Shown: in pieces, positions 8,527 to 17,382 of the stretch
How positions within the stretch are numbered: the stretch's first letter is position 1
Layout of the letters: every line of letters begins with the position of its first letter
Origin: a virus
Taxonomy: Duplodnaviria > Caudoviricetes
Virus record (IMG/VR): IMGVR_UViG_3300048496_000008
Coordinates: 1 to 39,492 of that record
Reading direction: 5' to 3' (one strand)
DNA: 39,492 bases
Notes under the pieces: model-generated
What the model was told of the DNA's origin: nothing
Databases searched by the model: none
The model's input: only the letters and a program-made list of their open reading frames with translations
Made by a program: the position numbers and the translations under genes

Positions 8527-9290
8527 GATCCGATCCTCCGCGCCCCACCATGCAGGCTGATCGATCTGCCGGCTACCTTGCCGGCTCTGTACCCATCACC
8601 GGACGACACACTGCGGCTACCTCCGCTGGAGTAGCGCAGCCCCATGGTCGAGCGCATCCACGCCTTTACCTCGTCGCCGATCCTGTCGATCTCAGCGATC
8701 GCAGTATTCACTCGCACCAGTGCGGTCGAGTCGCCGGCAGTCTCGCGGTGCTTGGCTGCAATCAGGGCCTGCCCCCTTGCTTCGCGCTTCGCCGCGTTGA
8801 TCTTGCGGTCCACCTCATCTAATGCACCGTAACGAAATGCCGATTTGTACGATCGGCCCCGGCCCGATGCGAGCAGATTGGCGAGGCGCTCGATCTCCTG
8901 CTCTAGATAGCCGTACATCTGACGAACGATTGCGAGATCGTGCCCGTGGCCGTAGGCATAGGTGAGCGTAGGCTTTCGGCCGCGTCGCCACGGGTTGCAG
9001 CCGTTCGCATGGCAAACCGACCACGCGAGCGACCACCGCCAGGCGCTGGTGCTGGTGTGCTCGCCGATGATGGCCTCCGATAGATCGCCGCGATCCGCCG
9101 GACTCCCATCATCTGCACCGCCGGTCTCGTCCTCCCATATGTCGCCGATCGCGGCGGCGGTTAGGCGGTACTCCTCCATGAGTCGCTGGGCGTGGGCGAC
9201 CGCGTTGGCTGCCTCGTTCATGTCCTCGGATTCGCCGAGGCGCAGCAGCTTTCGGATCCGGTCTAGTACCTTGTCGGTCGTGTGTGTCAT
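8523..9290 (-). CDS. DUF2786-domain protein
   Basis: DKVLDRIRKLLRLGES...NEAANAVAHAQRLMEEYRL; W...LA..VC..NGC; SAFRYGA; DGYRAGK.AG..ISL. Confidence 0.85.
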   Translation of the reverse strand: MTHTTDKVLDRIRKLLRLGESEDMNEAANAVAHAQRLMEEYRLTAAAIGDIWEDETGGADDGSPADRGDLSEAIIGEHTSTSAWRWSLAWSVCHANGCNPWRRGRKPTLTYAYGHGHDLAIVRQMYGYLEQEIERLANLLASGRGRSYKSAFRYGALDEVDRKINAAKREARGQALIAAKHRETAGDSTALVRVNTAIAEIDRIGDEVKAWMRSTMGLRYSSGGSRSVSSGDGYRAGKVAGRSISLHGGARRIGS

Positions 9291-9294
9291 GGCT

Positions 9295-9330
9295 AAGTAA
9301 CAGTCTGCGGCAGGCCCCACGCTATGTCAA
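9295..9330 (-). promoter_or_regulatory. Leftward sigma70-type promoter
   Basis: TTGACA (9330-9325), 17 nt spacer, CAGACT (9307-9302), then ATG 9290. Confidence 0.6.
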
Positions 9331-9338
9331 CTTTTTAT

Positions 9339-9373
9339 TTGCTAAACTTCTCGGGTTGCCGTATCCTACCCAC
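9339..9373 (+). promoter_or_regulatory. Rightward sigma70-type promoter, leaderless transcript
   Basis: TTGCTA (9339-9344), 17 nt spacer, TATCCT (9362-9367), 6 nt, ATG 9374. Confidence 0.65.
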
Positions 9374-9541
9374 ATGGCCGAAGAGGAGGCATCCTACATC
9401 AATGTGCGTGTACCACGCGACCTGCGCGAACGGGTCGACGCGGCCTGTGACGTGCTCGGGCAGTCGCTGACCGTCTGGGTTCGGCGAGCGCTCGAAAGCG
9501 TGCTGGAGCGGCAGGAGGGCGAGCAGGACGGGGCTGCGTGA
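9374..9541 (+). CDS. Ribbon-helix-helix (Arc/CopG-like) DNA-binding protein
   Basis: YINVRVPRDLRERVDAAC..LGQSLTVWVRRAL. Confidence 0.8.
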   Translation: MAEEEASYINVRVPRDLRERVDAACDVLGQSLTVWVRRALESVLERQEGEQDGAA

Positions 9542-10080
9542 GCGATCGTGCGGAGAGGTGGCGGCCAGTAGCGGGCGCGGGTGGTTGGTACGACGTCAGC
9601 GACCTGGGGCGCGTACGGAGTTGGTACGCCACGGGAACGCGCGGCAAAATCCGCGCAGAATTTGCAAGATCGTTGCAGGCGGGGATCTCCGACTACGGTC
9701 GGCTAATCGTGATCATCTGCGTTGACGGGGTGAAGCGCAGTCGCCGCGTGCATCGGTTAGTGCTTGAGGCCTTTGTGGGACCTCGCCCTCGTGGCATGGA
9801 GTGTCGTCACTTGAATGGGGACGCAGCTGACAATCGATTGGTGAACCTTCGATGGGGAACGCCTAAGGAAAATAGAGCGGACTCAGTACGGCATGGCACA
9901 GCTACCACCCCGCCCGCGCAACGCGGTGAGCAGAACTGCAACGCAAAACTAAATTCTGAGAAGGTCCGCGAGATACGAGAATCCAGCGAAACAGACCGCG
10001 AATTAGCGCGAAGATTCGGCGTGTATTTTGGCACGATCGCGAAGGTACGCAGGCGAGAGCTGTGGACGCACGTCCTATGA
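9538..10080 (+). CDS. NUMOD4-HNH endonuclease with C-terminal HTH
   Basis: ERWRPV...YDVSDLGRVRS; VHRLVLEAFVG; CRHLNGD..DNRLVNLRWGT.KEN; AKL...VREIR. Confidence 0.92.
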   Translation: MSDRAERWRPVAGAGGWYDVSDLGRVRSWYATGTRGKIRAEFARSLQAGISDYGRLIVIICVDGVKRSRRVHRLVLEAFVGPRPRGMECRHLNGDAADNRLVNLRWGTPKENRADSVRHGTATTPPAQRGEQNCNAKLNSEKVREIRESSETDRELARRFGVYFGTIAKVRRRELWTHVL

Positions 10081-11423
10081 TTCGATTGCGCGACTATCAA
10101 ATTGAGGCTGTCAGCCGATTGCGCAAGGCCTATCAGGCTGGCGCTAGGCGCCTGCTACTCGTGGCCAGCGTCGGATCGGGCAAAACCGTGATCGCCGCGC
10201 ACCTCGTCCAGAGCGCCCACAGCAAGGCCAGGCGGGTCCTATTCGTCGCGCACCGCTGGGAGTTGCTCGACCAGCCGGCCCGTCTGCTGCGTGACTGCGG
10301 GCTACGGGTGGGCATAATCAAGGCCGGGGTCCGGCCCGACCTGGACGCCCCGGTGCAGGTCGCCTCGATCCAGACGCTAGCCCGGCGCGCCCTGCCACCG
10401 GCCGATCTGGTCATCGTGGACGAGGCTCACCGCGCAGTGACCGCATCCTACCGCTGCCTGGATGCGTACCCGGCGCACCTCGGATTGACCGCCACGCCCT
10501 GGCGCCTGGACGGCCGGGGCCTCGGCGAGCGGTTCCATGATCTGATCGAGGTAGCCACCACGCCCGATCTGGTCCGCGACGGCTGGCTGATCGATCCGAT
10601 CGTGTACGCGCCCCACGTTCCGGAGCTGCCGACCGGCGCGAGTAAAGAGTACACCGCCGCGCAGCTATCGTCCGCGATGGACCGGAACGAATTGGTGGGC
10701 GACATCGTGGAGCATTGGAAGCGGATCGCCCCGGGGCGCCGCACCGTCTGCTACGCGGCGACGATCGATCACAGCCGGCACATCGTCGCCCGGTTCGCTG
10801 CGGCCGGCATTGCTGCTGAGCACGTCGACGGCAACACCCCGCCGGACGAACGCGCGGCGATCCTCGATCGGCTCCGCACCGGCGAGACCCTGATCGTCTC
10901 CAACGTCGACATCATCACAGAGGGATACGATCTCCCCTCGCTGAGCTGTGCGATCCTGGCGCGGCCCACGGTCAGCCTGACCAAAGCGCTACAGATGATC
11001 GGCCGGATCATGCGGCCCACCGCGGGCAAGTCGGATGCGATCGTGCTGGATCATGCCGCGTGTACGATCCGCCACGGGCTACCGTCCGAGCCGCGGGTGT
11101 GGTCGCTGGAGGGTCGCGAGCAGAGGCGGGCCGATAGCGGCGTGCGAGTCTGCTCCTACTGCTTCGCGGTGTCACGCGCCAAGGTTCGGTGCGATCAGTG
11201 CGGCGAGGCTTTTCCCGTGGAGCACCGAACGAACACGATCAAGCGAGAGCGCCGCGGCGATCTGATCCGGGCCGCGGCGAGGGCCAAGGCTGCGCGGACA
11301 AGTGAGGCCGACAAAGTACGGATCTTTCACGAGCTGCGCGCCGTTGGGCAGCGCAAGAACTACAAGCCGGGCTGGGCCTATTGGCAATTTCGGCTGAAGT
11401 TTGGAGAGGGGCCGCCGCGATGA
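10077..11423 (+). CDS. Superfamily II DEAH helicase with C-terminal Zn ribbon
   Basis: LRDYQ, GSGKT, DEAH, LTATP, EGYD.P, QMIGRIMR, CxxC-CxxC, YKPGWAY. Confidence 0.93.
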   Translation: MIRLRDYQIEAVSRLRKAYQAGARRLLLVASVGSGKTVIAAHLVQSAHSKARRVLFVAHRWELLDQPARLLRDCGLRVGIIKAGVRPDLDAPVQVASIQTLARRALPPADLVIVDEAHRAVTASYRCLDAYPAHLGLTATPWRLDGRGLGERFHDLIEVATTPDLVRDGWLIDPIVYAPHVPELPTGASKEYTAAQLSSAMDRNELVGDIVEHWKRIAPGRRTVCYAATIDHSRHIVARFAAAGIAAEHVDGNTPPDERAAILDRLRTGETLIVSNVDIITEGYDLPSLSCAILARPTVSLTKALQMIGRIMRPTAGKSDAIVLDHAACTIRHGLPSEPRVWSLEGREQRRADSGVRVCSYCFAVSRAKVRCDQCGEAFPVEHRTNTIKRERRGDLIRAAARAKAARTSEADKVRIFHELRAVGQRKNYKPGWAYWQFRLKFGEGPPR

Positions 11424-11698
11424 ATAGAACTCCCAAAGAGACGATCTATGATGCAGAGATTTCGCCGCTGATGGGGCAAATCATCGCCATTTGCAAACAG
11501 CATAAGATCAATATGGCGGCCACGTTCTCGCTGGACTTCGATCAGGGCCTCGACGAGACTCTATTCTGTACGACGATCCTGCCTGTCGATAGGGCTGACA
11601 CGGATGGCTATCAAGCAATGCAGGAATGCCGTCGAGTTATGGAACTGCCCGCATCGGTTTACGCGATGACAATCACAACGATGAAGTCTGATGAATGA
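11420..11698 (+). CDS. Conserved phage hypothetical protein
   Basis: KETIYDAEISPLMGQIIAICKQHKI; ATGA overlap. Confidence 0.65.
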   Translation: MNRTPKETIYDAEISPLMGQIIAICKQHKINMAATFSLDFDQGLDETLFCTTILPVDRADTDGYQAMQECRRVMELPASVYAMTITTMKSDE

Positions 11699-11916
11699 TC
11701 TGCCCCCATTGCCACCACCGCATCGCCCCAGGCGATCCCGTTCCGGCCTCGGCGATCAAGCCGGGCGACCGGATCAAGCTATCGATCGAGCAAGCCCCGG
11801 CCAGCGTCGTAACCTCGCGGCCCTACCACGGCGATCGGTTCGTTCGGATCGTCGACCACACCGGCGAGACCTGGGACTACTACCTAGGCGCGGATCATAC
11901 CGTCTGGCGGCTATAG
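11695..11916 (+). CDS. Hypothetical protein (73 aa)
   Basis: ATGA overlap; CPHC followed by a small beta-rich region. Confidence 0.55.
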   Translation: MICPHCHHRIAPGDPVPASAIKPGDRIKLSIEQAPASVVTSRPYHGDRFVRIVDHTGETWDYYLGADHTVWRL

Positions 11917-12480
11917 AGGTTTTAGCCCGTTTAGTGGATCGTCTGGATCCACACCGGCCGCACGCTGCCGCGCTTTGTAGAGATTGGATTTCTTCGGGGG
12001 CTTCCGGCCGCGACTGCGCAGCAAGCTCTCGACCATCACCTCCGTGCGGACCGTCCGATCGCGGCTCGCTTGATTCTCTGTGCGCTGCTCGTCGACGTGC
12101 TCATCCAGGCTGGTCGATACGCCCTGCACCGCGCCGTCCAGCCGGCCTATTTCGCTATCTACGAATTCGACCCGGATCGCTGCGGCTTTGGTCTCGGTTT
12201 CCTTTTCGATCACCGCGCGGGTCCGGTCCTCGATCCGCGTTGAGTACCACCCCAGGGCCGCCGCCGCGGCTCCGCCGATCGTCACCGCGATCCATAGCAG
12301 CGCCTTGAGGATCTTTACGCTGCGCTGGAATTGCCAGGCGTCCTCGGCCGATTTAGTCGCGTTGTCATTCGCCTCGCGATACTTCCCCATGATCTCGGCA
12401 ACGCCGGAGTAATCGCCGGTCTCCTCGCGTTCGCGCTTGAGGGCCTCACGTAGTGCTGTGACGATCTCTGTTTGTGTCAT
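11911..12480 (-). CDS. Single-pass membrane protein with coiled coil (possible lysis accessory)
   Basis: TM segment ILKALLWIAVTIGGAAAAALGWY, then coiled coil; ATGA overlap with the fibre gene. Confidence 0.6.
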   Translation of the reverse strand: MTQTEIVTALREALKREREETGDYSGVAEIMGKYREANDNATKSAEDAWQFQRSVKILKALLWIAVTIGGAAAAALGWYSTRIEDRTRAVIEKETETKAAAIRVEFVDSEIGRLDGAVQGVSTSLDEHVDEQRTENQASRDRTVRTEVMVESLLRSRGRKPPKKSNLYKARQRAAGVDPDDPLNGLKPL

Positions 12481-13751
12481 GCTGTGCGATCCGAGGGCAC
12501 AGCGATCACAAATGCTGTGCAACGATACGTCCGCGCCGCCTCCGCCCGAAATTGTACAAATACGTCGGTTCCATCTGTGTTGATCTGCGAGGTAATCGCT
12601 CCACCGCCCGGTAGATTCTCATGCAGCGGGCCGGTCCCGTGCTCCGTCCCATCGGAGTCGACCAGCGTGGAGAGGATCGCGTTATAGCTGCGAGTCGCGT
12701 CGGTGTCGTCGGCTGCGGTGATCAGCGCGAACACGTTCATTGTATTTTTGCTATCCATCGTAAAGCTGCCGATGGTCGCGAACGATGCCCCGGTGATGTT
12801 CGCCTTGAACGTGCGTATCGTTGCGAACTGGCTTTCCTCCTCGGCCGTCCCTTCGTGGGTGCGCATGCGCCAGAACGGATTAGATCCATCGCTGAGACCC
12901 TCATGGCTAAACTGATTTGCGCGTGAAACGACATTGGCACCATTGCCGCCTGAAGCCACATCCTCGATTGTCCAGAATGCAGTGCGGGTCGAGGTGGTCT
13001 CCCACGGGTGCATGCTGAGGATCTTGTCTCCGCCCCCGCTCTCGGTCACTTCCATCAGGAAACCCTTGCTGCTTCCCGTTTCGCGATCGTCATCATCGAT
13101 CTGTGCTATGCGCACCGAATCAGTGATCAGCTCCGGCCAGGCGGGATAGAGCGCCTCGACGCCGGTGATATCCGTGGCATCCGTGATCACCTTGAGCACA
13201 TTGACGAAATCAGCCGTAGGCACAGGCGCACCGGCACCATTGCCCACCTCATTGATCTCGATCGTTTCCGAATCGGTCACAAAGATCGCAACGTACGCAT
13301 CCTTCAGTGCGCCGAACGTATGCGAATCGAACCCCTGCGCGGCGATCTGCGCAGGAGTGATGCCCAGCCGGAACAATCGGCCTAGTCCGCCATTTACCCA
13401 CACTGCACCGCCTTTGATCTCTCCGGTTAGCCCGGCAGTCTGGACGGCCCACAGCGTCGATCCTCCCGTAACGGGTAGCTGCGGATGGAATGCTCCGCCG
13501 GCCGGTCCAGGTGAGTAGAAAAAATCGGACGGGCCAAAACGGTTATGCGCCACAACGGTTTGAAAGTCGCTGGTCTTACTCAAGTCCTGCCCGCTCGCTT
13601 CGACCGCTCTGGCCAGCTCCTCCTGCCATGCGTTGGCGATGTCGTCCGTTACGATCGTTGCGGGGATCGTCGGCGGGCTGCCCTCTGTGAATCCATCCTT
13701 ACCGGGCCCGTGGGTATCGATCTCTCTGGTGGCGTTGTCGATCCGATGCAT
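12477..13751 (-). CDS. Mu-like tail fibre protein
   Basis: N-terminal MHRID...GKDGFTEG...PATIVTDD..NAWQEEL..AVE.SG..L anchor; follows gp48. Confidence 0.85.
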   Translation of the reverse strand: MHRIDNATREIDTHGPGKDGFTEGSPPTIPATIVTDDIANAWQEELARAVEASGQDLSKTSDFQTVVAHNRFGPSDFFYSPGPAGGAFHPQLPVTGGSTLWAVQTAGLTGEIKGGAVWVNGGLGRLFRLGITPAQIAAQGFDSHTFGALKDAYVAIFVTDSETIEINEVGNGAGAPVPTADFVNVLKVITDATDITGVEALYPAWPELITDSVRIAQIDDDDRETGSSKGFLMEVTESGGGDKILSMHPWETTSTRTAFWTIEDVASGGNGANVVSRANQFSHEGLSDGSNPFWRMRTHEGTAEEESQFATIRTFKANITGASFATIGSFTMDSKNTMNVFALITAADDTDATRSYNAILSTLVDSDGTEHGTGPLHENLPGGGAITSQINTDGTDVFVQFRAEAARTYRCTAFVIAVPSDRTA

Positions 13752-13787
13752 TATGTGTCTCCATGCCTCACCGCGTGCGATGGGTGC

Positions 13788-14375
13788 TTACGGTGTGATC
13801 TCCAATCCGAAGGTTGTGTGCGCCTGCTTGGCCTCGTCGATCAAGCAGTTGAGCTGATCATCATCGGCAAGGCTTGGCGGTCGCGTTCCGATTACCGTGA
13901 AATGATAGATCCACGGACCTTGCTGCAGCGGGTCGCCCACCGCGGAAAAGCCGACCCGGAACGGCATCGCATCCTCGCGAATGCTGACCGATGTGTAGCC
14001 GAGCTTTTCGGCGATCTCGATCATCGTCGGGATCGAGCTGTTTTTTTTCTGGGTCAGCTTGGAATGCAGCGCATCACGACGGCCTTGCGTGGTCGCAACG
14101 GGCGTATCGCAGCGACCGGGCAGATCGGCGAAGGCTTCCCATTCCGGCAGCAGCTCGCCGGCCGTGCGTACATCCGCCTCGCGCAACATATCTTCCACAC
14201 GGCACTCGACCCGGGCGAATTCAAACGCCAGCGCGCTGAGCAGCTTAGTTAGGATCGCATCGGGGTCGCGAGTCCAGGCCGGGCCGGTCGGCAGCAGATC
14301 CTGGAGTACGTGCGTATATTTCGTTTCGTCGCACTCGTCGCCCCAGAAGCCGGACCAGTCACTGCCCCAAAACAT
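13788..14375 (-). CDS. Baseplate protein Mu gp48 / YmfQ (DUF2313)
   Basis: LQDLLPTGPAW, EADVRTA.ELLPEWE, F..G.S.VGDPL, L.C.I...KQAHT. Confidence 0.9.
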   Translation of the reverse strand: MFWGSDWSGFWGDECDETKYTHVLQDLLPTGPAWTRDPDAILTKLLSALAFEFARVECRVEDMLREADVRTAGELLPEWEAFADLPGRCDTPVATTQGRRDALHSKLTQKKNSSIPTMIEIAEKLGYTSVSIREDAMPFRVGFSAVGDPLQQGPWIYHFTVIGTRPPSLADDDQLNCLIDEAKQAHTTFGLEITP

Positions 14376-16279
14376 TAGGCGATGTCCTCATCGAATCGCA
14401 GCTCCACCATATCGATCCGCGCGGACCAGCGCATCGCGGTAGCGGCGATCCCTGTTACCTCGATCTTCAGCGAGCCATTTGTGGTGTCAGCAGATACCGC
14501 GATATTCAGAGCCGCGTTTGACTCGAAAAGAAAATCAGACACAAACGCATGGAGCGTGGTGCTGCCCGCCGTCGTGTCCCTGGAGATCACGCCCGTCCCT
14601 TGCGTGGCGGTTTTCTCTACCTGCTGATCATCTTTGCCAACCACGTAGATAGTAAACGCATAGATCCGATCCGGTTCGATGATGATCCGGTTCGATCCGG
14701 GCAGGGTCGTGCCGGACGGCGCGGATCCGTCCAGGGTCAGCTCCGTAGGCGTAGCGTCGCCGGTCGCGCGGCGAAGGGTTAGGCCGCTCTGGCTCTGCAC
14801 GTCGCCGTTATCGCTGAAGCGTCCGTTAGCTTGAGCAAGCCCGCCTATCCTGTTCCCGATCGCGCGCGTACCCCATGCCTGCGCGCTATCGGCTGGTGCA
14901 TCGTTGACCACGCCGAACGCCCAAGCAGCAAGCCCGCCCGCAGTAGCACTAGATCCCTCTGCGTGGGCAGAGGAATTGCTAGCGACACATCCGAACCCGA
15001 ACGCATAAGAGGCGGTACCCGTGGCCTGTACGTTCGTCCCATGCGCCCATGACCCGGTGCCGATGTTTGCTGCGTCCCACTCGGTACCCGAAACGGATCC
15101 CGATCGCCATGCTAGCTTTCCCGGGACCCACATCGCCCGAGTCCCCGCGCCGCTGGTAGGCGTGTCGCCGGTATCGTTATCCCACCACCACGCCTTGCCG
15201 GTGTAACGCGTGGGCGGTGCGTAAGATGTCTGCTCGTTGACGGTCAATCCGGGATCGGTCGGGATCTCCGTGAACGCCGATGCGCTGTTTGTCATGAAAT
15301 CGTATGTAAAGGTTCCGGTGCCAGTGACCCAGGTATTCGCACCGGAGATCGTGATCCCTCCGGTCACCTGGACATTGCCGGTCGCCGGGATGTCGATCGC
15401 CGATCCGGTCGGACCGCCCGAGCAATCGGTATTGACCAGGCTGGCCGCGCCGGCAGATTGCAGGCCGATCGAAAACCCGAATAGCTGACTGCCGAGATCA
15501 ATCAGCGTGGTTCCGTCTGCAGTCTTTAGCGCAGTACCAGGGAACCCGGTCGGGAGGAATTTACAATCCTTGGTATACAGCGTGCCGGTCTGGAGATCGC
15601 AGGCCACCTTATTCGCTGTGGGTGTGCTGGCTGTGATCTCGTCGAGCGTGGCCACTGCACCGCCAGCCTGAGAGATCACGATCGCATCGTCGTCGAGCGA
15701 TTCGATCTTGCACCGTGAGATCTGGCAGCTCTGTGCGTTGCTGCCGGTGATGTCCACGGCGATGCCTGCCGCTGGGGTGATGTCGATCCCCGCCCAGCTT
15801 GCATACGTATCGTCAACATCCGTAGCGGTTACGAGATCGATCACAAGCTTCCCGACCAGCGTGGTCTGCCGATGGTCGCCGCCTAGGTCCGCCTCGGAGA
15901 ATCCGGCCTCGGCCCAGCCCTTGACGATCACGCCAGTTTTCAGCGCTACCGTCGCCTCCGTAAACGTCCCAGGCAGCACCACGACCACGCCACCGCCATC
16001 TGTGCTGGCCTGATTGATCGCAGCCTGGATCGAAGTGAATCGACACTCTGATCCGACCGGGCCCACCGCATACGTCGCGAGACAGCTCGCACCCTTGGCG
16101 ATCTGGGCTTGCGTCGCAAGTATGAAATCGTCGACGAAATCGCCCCAGTGCTCGTTGGCCCGCGTCTGCGACTGCGCGCGCGTGGTCGCAACCCGATCGA
16201 CCTTATCGGTAATCAGCTCTGCGTGCGTGGTGGTGAATGCAGGATCAAACAGATTGACGCTGTTTACTGGGTTCGCCAT
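14375..16279 (-). CDS. Second tail fibre/spike (beta-helix-like region plus YadA-head-like repeats)
   Basis: FTSIQAAINQA...GGVVVVLPGTF beta-helix start; 14-residue S.A.G....A repeats; 634 aa. Confidence 0.7.
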   Translation of the reverse strand: MANPVNSVNLFDPAFTTTHAELITDKVDRVATTRAQSQTRANEHWGDFVDDFILATQAQIAKGASCLATYAVGPVGSECRFTSIQAAINQASTDGGGVVVVLPGTFTEATVALKTGVIVKGWAEAGFSEADLGGDHRQTTLVGKLVIDLVTATDVDDTYASWAGIDITPAAGIAVDITGSNAQSCQISRCKIESLDDDAIVISQAGGAVATLDEITASTPTANKVACDLQTGTLYTKDCKFLPTGFPGTALKTADGTTLIDLGSQLFGFSIGLQSAGAASLVNTDCSGGPTGSAIDIPATGNVQVTGGITISGANTWVTGTGTFTYDFMTNSASAFTEIPTDPGLTVNEQTSYAPPTRYTGKAWWWDNDTGDTPTSGAGTRAMWVPGKLAWRSGSVSGTEWDAANIGTGSWAHGTNVQATGTASYAFGFGCVASNSSAHAEGSSATAGGLAAWAFGVVNDAPADSAQAWGTRAIGNRIGGLAQANGRFSDNGDVQSQSGLTLRRATGDATPTELTLDGSAPSGTTLPGSNRIIIEPDRIYAFTIYVVGKDDQQVEKTATQGTGVISRDTTAGSTTLHAFVSDFLFESNAALNIAVSADTTNGSLKIEVTGIAATAMRWSARIDMVELRFDEDIA

Positions 16280-17382
16280 TAGGGCAGCACTCCATAGACG
16301 GGGGTTCCGAGCACCGGCACCTCGCCGATCGCGTGGGTCACATTGGCAACGGGTGATACGGTTACGTGATCCTCCTCGCCGCTGGCCAGGCTGATCGCCT
16401 CGTTGATCTGGCTGAGTAGCAGGGTGGAGTTATCGCCACCGCGACGCAGTAGGTAATCCTCTAGCTGAGCGGTTACGTTGGCCTTGACCTGATCGAACGT
16501 AAAGCCCGATGCGACCTTGAGATCGATCACCGGATTTAGTGGCACCTCGGCCGGGGCGGCGACGGTCACTGCGGCCGTGACGGGTCGGAACGCATCGATC
16601 ACAGCCTGCACCTCGGCCACCTTGGTAGGCGATGGGATGATCGTAGGTGTCTGATCGTCCAGGACGAACGTTAGCAGTACGGTCCCCGGTCCAAGCTGCA
16701 AGGGGAATTCAAATGCCCGGGTCACACCGGCGACGGTTAGCGCCTCCTGGATATAATCGCCATCCGCTCCGCCGCGCGGCGGATCCTGGACGCGCAGCTC
16801 CACGCGACCGATCAGATCCTCGATCGATTCGATGTCCGTGCCGTTTACTAGCCCGTTGCCGGCCCCATCGTCCTCGACCAGCGCGGTGGCGTCGACGCCA
16901 GCGATCGGGCTGACGATCGTTAGGGCCGTTCCGATCACTGCGTTGCCATCTGCCCCGGGAGTCTCGGCCGTGATCGGCGTGGACACATCGCCGCCACCGC
17001 CAATTACCACGCCAGGGGAATCGACCAGATAGCGGACGCCATCGGCCCGCTGCCATACCGTGTCCGTGGGGACCGGCGTGGTGGGGACGCCGGTGATCGG
17101 GATCGATCCGATCGCTAGACCAGCCTCTTTGCGTCCATCGTCACCTAGCCAGAAATCACCCCAGCGCGTGGCGTTCTCCTCATCGTTCTCGATCGACGGG
17201 ATGATCTGCTTTACTCCGTGCTGGATGTGTCCGTGCAATCCATGCGACGCACCGCCCAGCGCGCGACCCAGCACGCCCTCGACCGTTTTCCGTAGCTTCG
17301 CATCGGCGCCCTCTAGGCGGCTTTCGATGTCGGCCGCGATCCGGCTGATGATCTGCGCTGCGGTGGGTCTGAAAAATGCCAT
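16279..17382 (-). CDS. Baseplate J-like protein (Mu gp47)
   Basis: MAFFRPT, G.DGN, GTDIES...L..R, PPRGGA..DY...AL.V.GVTRA. Confidence 0.93.
   Translation of the reverse strand: MAFFRPTAAQIISRIAADIESRLEGADAKLRKTVEGVLGRALGGASHGLHGHIQHGVKQIIPSIENDEENATRWGDFWLGDDGRKEAGLAIGSIPITGVPTTPVPTDTVWQRADGVRYLVDSPGVVIGGGGDVSTPITAETPGADGNAVIGTALTIVSPIAGVDATALVEDDGAGNGLVNGTDIESIEDLIGRVELRVQDPPRGGADGDYIQEALTVAGVTRAFEFPLQLGPGTVLLTFVLDDQTPTIIPSPTKVAEVQAVIDAFRPVTAAVTVAAPAEVPLNPVIDLKVASGFTFDQVKANVTAQLEDYLLRRGGDNSTLLLSQINEAISLASGEEDHVTVSPVANVTHAIGEVPVLGTPVYGVLP

Noticed and set aside
12477-16279. Fibre diversification by invertase or diversity-generating retroelement
   Set aside because: No invertase, reverse transcriptase, inverted cassette or template/variable repeat pair seen
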